Origin: an uncultured virus (IMG/VR IMGVR_UViG_3300042940_002333)
Lineage: Duplodnaviria; Heunggongvirae; Uroviricota; Caudoviricetes
IMG/VR virus record: IMGVR_UViG_3300042940_002333
Direction: 5' to 3' (one strand)
Length of the DNA: 64,000 nt
Every line of letters starts with the position of its first letter. Position 1 is the first letter of the stretch. Below are positions 11,245 through 20,009 of the stretch, in pieces. The notes beneath the pieces were generated by a model that saw nothing but the letters and a program-made list of their open reading frames with translations, ran no database searches and had not been told where the DNA came from. A program made the translations under genes and the position numbers.

Positions 11245-14200
11245 TGGATATAACTAAAATGCCCATAATCGGTAAGGTTACGACCAAAGTTTTAACCTAC
11301 TTTATATCTTATCCTGACGGTAGGAAAGAACCTTATGATATGCCAGCAGAAACTTATTCTGTCGTTGATGTTTATGAACATAATGGGCATAAGTTTTACG
11401 TCACGAATATCTGGCACAAAGAACACAAGCGTTCCCCTTTAACTATCGTTGATGATATTGTGGAAAAATACGAGCCGGTAGAAACAAGAGCTGCAGACGG
11501 GACTGAAATTGAGCCCAGCTTAATGCTGTATAAAAAATCAACTTTACCAGAAGATTTAAAAGAAAAATGGGTAAAATATGTAAATGATCACGGTTCTACT
11601 TGGAAAACCAAAAAGGATTGGTACAATGCCGCGATCGACTTTATTCCCAAATACTATATTCCTTTCGGTATATCACAGGAGATAGATGAAGCATTGCTAA
11701 GCGTAGCTTGGGAATTACTCGGATACTACCGATTGTTTCTATCCAAAAATTTCTGGTCTAAAACTTCATCTAACGGAAATGAAATTGAAGATTGGGATTT
11801 CGGAATAATAAAGCCAGGCGTAAAAGTAAGAACAACACCAACTCATTTCGGTAAATGGGATTACAGATACGGAACTGTTTTAGAATATCTCGGCAGGAAG
11901 ACAATTTTCAAGGATTTATCGGGAAAAGAATACATCGATATTGAGGGTAATGCGTGGCGAGTTAAGTGGGATGATGGAGAGGTAAATGATGTAAATGAAA
12001 ATTTAATTGAAAGAGTATCTTTAAAAGATTACAACAAAAGGATCAACGCTGGCGACGGTGGAGTTGTTACTTATAGACAAAAATATAATAAGAAATATGG
12101 CTATAATCAAAACGAATCTCACGATTTGAATGAAATAGCAAAAGATACTGGAGTTTCTAAAAAAGGATTACAGCAAATCTATAACAAAGGAATTGGTGCA
12201 TATAAAACAAATCCACAATCAGTACGCCCTAATGTAAAATCAAAAGAACAATGGGCAAAAGCAAGAGTTTATAGTGCAGTTATGGGAGGTAAAGCTGCAA
12301 GAATTGATGCTAACGAATTGAAAATGAATAATGGAGGGGAAATTCTTTTAGCACCCAACGGAAAACCAAGCAACTTAACTCCCGAACAATATAGACTTGT
12401 TCGTACTACTGCTTTTAAAAAATGGTTTGGGGATTGGGAAAATTCACCCGAAACTGCAAGTAAAGTTGTTGATGAAAATGGTGAGCCACTACAAGTTTAT
12501 CATAAAACTGATTATAGGTTTACGGTTTTTGATAAAGAAAAATTAGGTAGTAGTTCTCAATGGGGTACTGCATACTTTGGTTTCTATTTTTCTAATAAAT
12601 ACGAAAGAATAAGTTATGGAAAAAGAGCTATTAAGTGTTTTTTAAATATAAGGAATCCATATCTTATAGAAAGTGAAACCTATTCCGATTATGATTTAGA
12701 ATATAAAAGATTTGATGTGAGTAATTTCAGTAAAAATGATGGCGTTATAATAAAAGCTATGAGATTAGGTGGAAATGAAAAAGCAGATAAGCATTTTGTT
12801 GCTTTTGAACCTACCCAAATAAAACTCTCAGACGGAAGTAACACGACGTTTGACGGTAGCAACCCTGATATAAGGTTTGAAGAGGGTGGTTACCTACACG
12901 GATCTCAGTACAATTTTTGCGACACTGGTTTTAAACTGGGTGCTGGTAAAGGTCAGGGCGAGAATTTATGGGGTAGAGGTCTTTATTTCACAAAAGATAA
13001 AGATTTAGCTACTTATTATGCTAAGTTTATTAAGAGTGAAGATGTAACCGACAAATTACAACAAAAGGTAGCCGAAAAACTCGGGTTTAAAACATATAGC
13101 GATATTCCGTTTGATTATGAAAAAAAGGGAATCAAAACAAAATACGGACAAGTCTTAAAATTCGACCTTTTCAATCAGTACCTTAAAGCATATGTTGATA
13201 AATCAAAGGATAACGGTGTTGTTTATAAAGTAACTCTGTTTTCAGGCAAAGACAAGTCTGAATATAAAATTATTGACTTTTCTGGAGAAAACAGCGATAA
13301 ACCCGATAAAATAAAAAAGGATCTGCAAGATTTAAGAACTCTTATTGCTACTCTGGTAAAAAACAGAAGAAAATATACCAATGGAGTAAAATCATTCTTT
13401 ATTAAAAAGGACTGGGAGTTTGATTCAGAGAAGTATAGTGAGAATTATGACTCTACTTTGAAGTATATGCGTAGGTATCTCAAGGATTCTGAACATAGCT
13501 ACAACTTGTCATCTATGATGTATAATTTAGCCTACGATATTAAAAAATTATTTAAGCCAGATTATAGTCAGTATGCAAAAGATTATTCCAAAATTTATAA
13601 TAAACAAAAAGTTCTTCCTATTGAAGAACGACTAAAGTTGAGTGACGAAGTAGCTTATTACCAAGGAGTACAATTTACTGAGTTTATTAAAGACGCTGGA
13701 TATAGCGCCCTTACTTACTGGTTTAGTCCATCTACCATTCCAATGGATAAAGAACACGAACATAATGCCAGAGCAATAGTAGTTTTTGATGAAAAAGATG
13801 TAGAGATTGATAAGTGTATTATTGCCGCTAACGGCACAGAGATCCCAGAACGGTATAAAAATATAGGCTTTACTGAAGTCGGGCAAAAGAAAAAATCCAC
13901 AATACCAAGTAAAAAGTGGATGGTTTTAGCCAAAAAAGGCGATAAATATAAAGTTGTTCACGGCGGATACAAAGGAATGGAGGACTATTCACAGCATCAC
14001 GATGATGATAGGAGAAAAAGATTTTGGCAAAGAATGGGTGGAATAAACTCGGAAAAAGCAAACGATAAATTCAGTCCTTTATATTGGCATAAAAAATTCG
14101 GCACCTGGGAAGATGGTGGTCCGATAGAGAGCGAATATGTAACCTACAAAGAACTTACCTACCCAAGCGGATCCACGCTGGACTTCTACAAAGGCAAGAT

Positions 14201-14996
14201 TTACTTAATCGGCGATGATGCCAAATACATATCAATTCTTGATACTGACTTTAACGAAATTGATACTATTCCCTTATTTGAACACGCCGATCACCGTATC
14301 CCTAAAAAAGAGAAACGTGATATTGAAACCTCAACTATTGTCCAGATAAACGGGCAGGACATCCTGGCGCTTATTGGCTCTGGCTCAAAAAACAAACGCC
14401 GTCGCATTTACCTTGTTCCCTTAAATACCGAGAAAGTTATTGAAAAAGAGATTAGCACAGTAAAATACGGCAAGTTTATCGACAAATTGTACGATAACGG
14501 CATAGCCGAGGTAAACATTGAGGGTAGTGCTTTGACCGGCACACACCTGCTGCTTTCAAATAGGGGAAACAAAGCCAATCCGAGCAATTACCTTATCGCT
14601 ACGGAAAAGGGATTTTGGACAAGTCAAAAAGACGCGGGAATAATCCTTACCAAGTTAAATCTTCCTGACGGTCTTGGAATATCCGAACTGGCTTATGATA
14701 AAGGCGTTCTGTTCTTCACGGCTTCGGTAGAGAATACCAGCAACGCTTTTGACGACGGAGAAATTGGCGACAGCTATTTAGGTTATGTTGAGGGCATAGA
14801 TATTCTAATTGGAGAAAAGAGCATTACTCCCGACCACCTGATCAACCTGGCCGAATACGATAAAGCATTCGTCGGACATAAAGTAGAGGGGATTTGCATT
14901 GAAAACAGCGATAATGGATATGTTATTGACTTGGTTTCAGATAACGACGATGGAAAGAGTACAATGTTTAAAATTAAATTATACCTTGATAAATAA
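11244..14996 (+). CDS. polyvalent protein / putative polyprotein 2 with two ART-like domains (1250 aa)
   Basis: LLAPNGKPSNL...FKKWFGDW...KVVDENGEPLQVYH...GFYFS (ART-PolyVal-like); LHGS...GRGLYFT (second ART-like); DUF5824-like, DUF5754-like and C-terminal DUF6929-like segments; same linkers; TAATG-coupled to the previous gene. Confidence 0.82.
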   Translation: MDITKMPIIGKVTTKVLTYFISYPDGRKEPYDMPAETYSVVDVYEHNGHKFYVTNIWHKEHKRSPLTIVDDIVEKYEPVETRAADGTEIEPSLMLYKKSTLPEDLKEKWVKYVNDHGSTWKTKKDWYNAAIDFIPKYYIPFGISQEIDEALLSVAWELLGYYRLFLSKNFWSKTSSNGNEIEDWDFGIIKPGVKVRTTPTHFGKWDYRYGTVLEYLGRKTIFKDLSGKEYIDIEGNAWRVKWDDGEVNDVNENLIERVSLKDYNKRINAGDGGVVTYRQKYNKKYGYNQNESHDLNEIAKDTGVSKKGLQQIYNKGIGAYKTNPQSVRPNVKSKEQWAKARVYSAVMGGKAARIDANELKMNNGGEILLAPNGKPSNLTPEQYRLVRTTAFKKWFGDWENSPETASKVVDENGEPLQVYHKTDYRFTVFDKEKLGSSSQWGTAYFGFYFSNKYERISYGKRAIKCFLNIRNPYLIESETYSDYDLEYKRFDVSNFSKNDGVIIKAMRLGGNEKADKHFVAFEPTQIKLSDGSNTTFDGSNPDIRFEEGGYLHGSQYNFCDTGFKLGAGKGQGENLWGRGLYFTKDKDLATYYAKFIKSEDVTDKLQQKVAEKLGFKTYSDIPFDYEKKGIKTKYGQVLKFDLFNQYLKAYVDKSKDNGVVYKVTLFSGKDKSEYKIIDFSGENSDKPDKIKKDLQDLRTLIATLVKNRRKYTNGVKSFFIKKDWEFDSEKYSENYDSTLKYMRRYLKDSEHSYNLSSMMYNLAYDIKKLFKPDYSQYAKDYSKIYNKQKVLPIEERLKLSDEVAYYQGVQFTEFIKDAGYSALTYWFSPSTIPMDKEHEHNARAIVVFDEKDVEIDKCIIAANGTEIPERYKNIGFTEVGQKKKSTIPSKKWMVLAKKGDKYKVVHGGYKGMEDYSQHHDDDRRKRFWQRMGGINSEKANDKFSPLYWHKKFGTWEDGGPIESEYVTYKELTYPSGSTLDFYKGKIYLIGDDAKYISILDTDFNEIDTIPLFEHADHRIPKKEKRDIETSTIVQINGQDILALIGSGSKNKRRRIYLVPLNTEKVIEKEISTVKYGKFIDKLYDNGIAEVNIEGSALTGTHLLLSNRGNKANPSNYLIATEKGFWTSQKDAGIILTKLNLPDGLGISELAYDKGVLFFTASVENTSNAFDDGEIGDSYLGYVEGIDILIGEKSITPDHLINLAEYDKAFVGHKVEGICIENSDNGYVIDLVSDNDDGKSTMFKIKLYLDK

Positions 14997-15117
14997 TATC
15001 AAATTTGTTATGAAAAACGACTACGATTTAATACATTTACCAGAATTATCCTTAACCTATTCTTCATTAAAAAAATACTTAAAAAATTTATATAACCTTA
15101 ACCTAAAAACAGACAAA

Positions 15118-18100
15118 ATGGGATTTTTTAGCTTTAAAACATCAGATACAAAGAAAACAATTTACAATGACTCCTCAAGAAGAGGCCCGTCGCCCTCTCC
15201 AGTGTATATGATTACCGAAGATGGTAGATCTTGGAGAGAAGATAGTTATGGTGGTTACGGAGAGTTTGGTGGAAAAGATATTTTTGAACTTATTGCTGAA
15301 ATGAACGGTGGTAAAACCCGTGATGACGCTTGGAGCATAGTGTTCACACAAGGAATTGAGAGAAACGGTAAGAAATACTATCAGGGAATGTATCCCGGTG
15401 CCGATTTTATGAATTACCAAAATGACAAAATTAAAGCAGAGGGCTTAACGGCAAACGAGCTTAGAGAAAAGTACGGATGGAAAAATTTTGGTGGAGGTAT
15501 GGATTTTGCGGAAGCAGCAGAAGAGGGCTTTAAACTACCTAAGTTGGTAGAGCATCTTCCAAACAAAGCAGACTGGGATAAAGTTTGGAAAAAACTTCCT
15601 TACCCTAAACACGCACCTAACCAAGGTTTAGCTGATGGTGGTAGCGTTGGGGATGACGAGTATCCTGACTTTATTGATAGTGAAGCAGCGAAACACGGAA
15701 CAAGAGTTCGCAGAAAAAGACCTTTATATGCTATAATGATGGGGAAATACTCCCAGATGGACAATCCTCAATACGTTGAGGTTAGTGGCGAAGATATGGA
15801 TGAAGCTATGGCTAAATTCAAAGCGGAGGGCGTAGACGCAAATCCAGCAAACATACATTTCTCTAAACAACCACCATATTATTACTCTGGCGGTGGCTAT
15901 GCGGCCAACGGGAAGTCTGTTCGTGATCTTGACCAAGAAGAAGATGATGAATTTGCTGGTGCTGTTCCGATTGAGCACGTTCCGTCAATTAAAAGCACAA
16001 CGCTTTATTTCCAAGAGGGAACATCAGACAAAGAATACCATATCCAATTAAGAGAATTAATGCCGGGAAGATTTATTGTGAACTTCCAGTACGGTCGCCG
16101 TGGCGGGCCACTTCAAAGTGGAACTAAGACAACAACTCCCGTTTCGTTACAAGAGGCTGAAATGATATTTGAAAAATTGAAGCACGAAAAAGAACGCAAA
16201 GGTTATCACGAGGGAATGGCTGGTGGAGGAAAGATAAGTGATCTTGATAGCACTACTCAGAGTTTAATAAACGAAATAATTGATTATTTAGAAAAAGAAT
16301 TTGGCGGTAAGGTTACAGCGTCAAGAATGACCGGTTCAATGAAAAATTATATTAAATTCAGCAAAAGAGGTGGTTCTTTTTATGACTTTAATGAACAATG
16401 GACAAAAAATCCAAAATATAATAAAATACTACAAGATAAATTTGGATACGATGTATTTATGAGTAATTCTAGTATTAATATCGAGTTATTGGGTTACGTT
16501 AGAAAAGATCAGTTCGCTTCTATTAAAGTTGCAGCCGACGGTAGTGGGGTTGGTTTGAGTAGAGATATTTATAGTATTGGAGATGAAGTTGTGTATGGTT
16601 GGAATGGAAGATATTATAAAATAGGAAAAATAAATTCGAGAGTTGATGAAAACACCTACTCTATTTTAGAAAATAATGGAAATAAAATAACATTAAATCG
16701 TAGAGATTTTGATTTAGCACCATCATCAATAGACGATTATGCTAAAACATTAGGTTTCTACGCTAATGGCGGTGGTATTCCGAATAACTACAAAGGTAAG
16801 AATGCTCATCAAGTATGGGATGCGTTGAACAAAAAGCAACGTCATCATTTCTTATTTGACCACGAAGAGGATATAGTAGCAAGATTAACAGAAAGGAACG
16901 ACAAATCCGTTGAAGAAGTTATAGAGTTACAAAATAAATCTTATATGAATCTTCCAGAGGCAGTAAAAGATATTATTGCTGTTCATATTGTAAGTGGTCA
17001 ATACACCAATGGCGGTGGAGTTGAATTTGATATTTACGACTTTGACAAAAAAATGGCATTAATCAACTTAGATATGATTTATGAATATTCTGTTAAACTA
17101 GATGATATAGTTACAGAAGAAAGTAGTATTGAAGAGTGGATTAAAATGAAACTTACAAAAGTAGAGCAAAACATAGCTGATATTAAACATTCACTTTCAG
17201 GTTGGGAAAAATTTGAAAAAGGCGGAATGATTTTCAAAAAACAGCTTTTACATATTTCAAAATATGCTAAAGACTTAATTAATATGATTAACTCAGGTTC
17301 TAAATTAATGAGTTGGCAAGAAAATAAATTAGCTATTAGTGCTGATTACATAGATGGAATATATCATCATTTGGACTATATTCGTAAAACAAATTTAGAC
17401 AAACTAGATGAGTACTTAGGTATTTACGCTAATGGTGGTGGAGTAGGAAAAATAGAAGTCGGAGATGCTTTTCAGCCAAGTGGTTTACCATACTCTCTTA
17501 TTGTTCAATCAATAAATAAAGGTATTGCTGAATTACATAGAACCTTTTATAATTTAAAAACTGACTCATCTACGTTAGGATTTAAAGAATTTAGTTTAAC
17601 AGTAAGTGAAATTCAACGATTAGTCGATGGAAAAGAATGGAGAAAAGTTAATGTAAAATTACAAGATAATAGCCAGTTGAAATACGCCAATGGTGGTGGT
17701 ATTGGAAAAGAATATAAATTAAGAGCAGAAGGTCTTAATGATTTTATTAATTTTCTTGGAACTGGAATCTATTTTGATATAAAATGGTTTAAGGTCGAAA
17801 CCACCTCTGGACCTGACGTAATAGTTACATTTTCAACAAATTTATCGTTAAAACAAATAAAATCAAATTTAGAGCAAGTTCAAGATTCCCACGTTATGTT
17901 AGACACATTAAAACCTGTTAATGAATATACAGGAGAAAGAATGGCCGATGGTGGTGGTGTTGAATCTAAGTATTACGTTATGGATGCTAAAAGTGGAGAG
18001 GTTGTTTCAAAAGGTTTTGATACAGAAGAAGAATCGAAAGTTGAAATGTATAGAATGTTTGAAGAAACTGGAAATAGATTTTTAATTCAAAAAACGATGG

Positions 18101-20007
18101 CTAATGGCGGTGGGGTTAGCGATAAAGTTTACATTGACTTCCTTAATAAAGACAAAAGACACCAGCAGGATAGAAAATACTTTGATACTTACGAAAAGGC
18201 AGTCAAGTGGGCTCGTGCAAATTTTGAAAGATTCCATCCTGATATGATTAAGTACGTTAGTTACGCTGCCGATGGTGGTGGAGTTGGAACAAAGTGGACT
18301 TACGAGATCAAGGTATTCAACGATCCTAAATACTACGGACACGGAAGAACTTGGGATACTAAGGAAGAAGCTGAACAAGCCGGGAAAGAAAAACTAAACA
18401 ACTGGATGAACGCAGAAGATTTCCGTGTTGTTCAAGCTACCGAGGAAGCCGCAAGAGGAAAGGTTGTTCCTGGTAAAGTTGGATATTTTGTCCAGTTACA
18501 ACAAGATACCCCAAATCAAGTAAGATACTTACAAATAGGTATAAACACAGAAGGTAGTTTTACCGGTATGGCTTATGACTATGTAGGTGGTGGAGCATAC
18601 GAAACACAATGGCTATTGAATAACTACTCGGTAGATGACGAGGGTGTTATGGAACCAGAAGAGCAGGAAGCTGCCGTTGCCGAATGTCTTACTGAAAAGT
18701 ACGGGAAAGATTTTTCCGACAAGGTAATGACTGGCATAAACAAGATGTTTGCAGAGTTATTCACCTATGAAGATAATGGCAATCTTACTACAAGTTTATC
18801 TGATTTTGCCGCCAATGGTGTTACTTCTGAATACGCAAGTTTCCCAAGAGTAACTATCGGAAACACTATTTTTAGCAGTGTTTATAACAACAGTGGTATG
18901 GCTAAACAAGGAAAGAAAGTTGCTGCTAAATCACGAAACGAAAAAGTTTACTTAGCGTTGCTTGAAGAGGCGAGAGAAGAAAAAGCCTGGGCAGAAAAAA
19001 TGAGTAAAGATAAAGAATGGATGAGTTCGGCTTCTAATGTTTCTAAAGATATGGTAGCGGAAGCCTTAGATAAATCAGCAGAAGAACTTGCTAATACATC
19101 GTATAACTATTTAGAATATCGTGCCCATATGACTGACAAAACAGGTTATCATACAGATAAACCGTCAAAAGAAAAGTGGGAGAAGTTAAGTGGCAGGAAA
19201 ATCGCCTCTGACGGAATGTTTATGGAGGGAGAGTTTGATAAAATTGTTGCCGACTTAAAGAAATACCTATCAACTGTTCCTTACATCTGGACAAAAGGAA
19301 ATAAATCTTACGTTCCGATTGAGGGATGGCAGTATGCCGCAGCTCTTATGGGAATGAACTCCCGCGTGGTTGATATTAAGCCTGTTACAGAAAAACAAGG
19401 GTGGATGGCAACAGCAGAAGTTGTAAACCAAGAGGGCATAGTTGTTTGTACCGGTTTTGGATATGTAGATCGTAGCGAAACTAAATGGTCAAAGGCAAGT
19501 GAGTATGAATTAATTTCATTCGCGCAAACCAGAGCCGTTTCCCGTGCATTGAGAAATTGTATCAGTTACCTTATCAAAGCTGCTGGATACTCAACTACAC
19601 CGGCAGAAGAAATGTACGGATTAAGTGATGTAAAAAAATCAAGCCCTAATTTATCAAAAGCAAGTCCTATACGCCCAATAATCGGTGTTGACGATACAGA
19701 TGGTTATAGTCGCCCAGAGTACATTGAGCCTGTTCAACCACCGATTGTAAAAGTTGAAAAGAAAGATCCAGCTAAGTTCGAGGTTATGCTTACAGAGGTG
19801 TGGGCAGAGGCTAAAGGAACTAATATCGTTCTTGTTTCTCCGAAGTTTATGACAGAGGTTGAGGAGTCGTTAATGACTGGTCTATCCGAATTAAGCTATG
19901 AAACTATGTTAAGAGAGATCCTTGACTGGTTAATCGATAATAATATCATATTGAGAAGCAAGCCTTTTATGAAAAAAATAAAACAATCATTCACTGAAAA
20001 TAAATAA
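15118..20007 (+). CDS. polyvalent protein / putative polyprotein 3 with WGR and SSAP-like domains
   Basis: Likely start MGFFSFKTSDT at 15118 after an A-rich leader (ORF open from 14899). WGR-like SDKEY...QYGRRG...EKERKGY (about 15990-16215); C-terminal SSAP-like AQTRAVSRALR...TPAEEM; many YANGGGV/AADG linkers. Confidence 0.82.
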   Translation: MGFFSFKTSDTKKTIYNDSSRRGPSPSPVYMITEDGRSWREDSYGGYGEFGGKDIFELIAEMNGGKTRDDAWSIVFTQGIERNGKKYYQGMYPGADFMNYQNDKIKAEGLTANELREKYGWKNFGGGMDFAEAAEEGFKLPKLVEHLPNKADWDKVWKKLPYPKHAPNQGLADGGSVGDDEYPDFIDSEAAKHGTRVRRKRPLYAIMMGKYSQMDNPQYVEVSGEDMDEAMAKFKAEGVDANPANIHFSKQPPYYYSGGGYAANGKSVRDLDQEEDDEFAGAVPIEHVPSIKSTTLYFQEGTSDKEYHIQLRELMPGRFIVNFQYGRRGGPLQSGTKTTTPVSLQEAEMIFEKLKHEKERKGYHEGMAGGGKISDLDSTTQSLINEIIDYLEKEFGGKVTASRMTGSMKNYIKFSKRGGSFYDFNEQWTKNPKYNKILQDKFGYDVFMSNSSINIELLGYVRKDQFASIKVAADGSGVGLSRDIYSIGDEVVYGWNGRYYKIGKINSRVDENTYSILENNGNKITLNRRDFDLAPSSIDDYAKTLGFYANGGGIPNNYKGKNAHQVWDALNKKQRHHFLFDHEEDIVARLTERNDKSVEEVIELQNKSYMNLPEAVKDIIAVHIVSGQYTNGGGVEFDIYDFDKKMALINLDMIYEYSVKLDDIVTEESSIEEWIKMKLTKVEQNIADIKHSLSGWEKFEKGGMIFKKQLLHISKYAKDLINMINSGSKLMSWQENKLAISADYIDGIYHHLDYIRKTNLDKLDEYLGIYANGGGVGKIEVGDAFQPSGLPYSLIVQSINKGIAELHRTFYNLKTDSSTLGFKEFSLTVSEIQRLVDGKEWRKVNVKLQDNSQLKYANGGGIGKEYKLRAEGLNDFINFLGTGIYFDIKWFKVETTSGPDVIVTFSTNLSLKQIKSNLEQVQDSHVMLDTLKPVNEYTGERMADGGGVESKYYVMDAKSGEVVSKGFDTEEESKVEMYRMFEETGNRFLIQKTMANGGGVSDKVYIDFLNKDKRHQQDRKYFDTYEKAVKWARANFERFHPDMIKYVSYAADGGGVGTKWTYEIKVFNDPKYYGHGRTWDTKEEAEQAGKEKLNNWMNAEDFRVVQATEEAARGKVVPGKVGYFVQLQQDTPNQVRYLQIGINTEGSFTGMAYDYVGGGAYETQWLLNNYSVDDEGVMEPEEQEAAVAECLTEKYGKDFSDKVMTGINKMFAELFTYEDNGNLTTSLSDFAANGVTSEYASFPRVTIGNTIFSSVYNNSGMAKQGKKVAAKSRNEKVYLALLEEAREEKAWAEKMSKDKEWMSSASNVSKDMVAEALDKSAEELANTSYNYLEYRAHMTDKTGYHTDKPSKEKWEKLSGRKIASDGMFMEGEFDKIVADLKKYLSTVPYIWTKGNKSYVPIEGWQYAAALMGMNSRVVDIKPVTEKQGWMATAEVVNQEGIVVCTGFGYVDRSETKWSKASEYELISFAQTRAVSRALRNCISYLIKAAGYSTTPAEEMYGLSDVKKSSPNLSKASPIRPIIGVDDTDGYSRPEYIEPVQPPIVKVEKKDPAKFEVMLTEVWAEAKGTNIVLVSPKFMTEVEESLMTGLSELSYETMLREILDWLIDNNIILRSKPFMKKIKQSFTENK

Positions 20008-20009
20008 CT

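Noticed and set aside
14899..15117. N-terminal extension of polyprotein 3 given in the ORF track
   Set aside because: It overlaps the previous gene and crosses an AT-rich intergenic-like stretch; ATG 15118 has the typical A-rich leader.
6223..18120. CRISPR array formed by the TACGCCAATGGCGGTGG repeats
   Set aside because: The repeats are in-frame coding, vary at codon positions, and are spaced irregularly by hundreds of bases.
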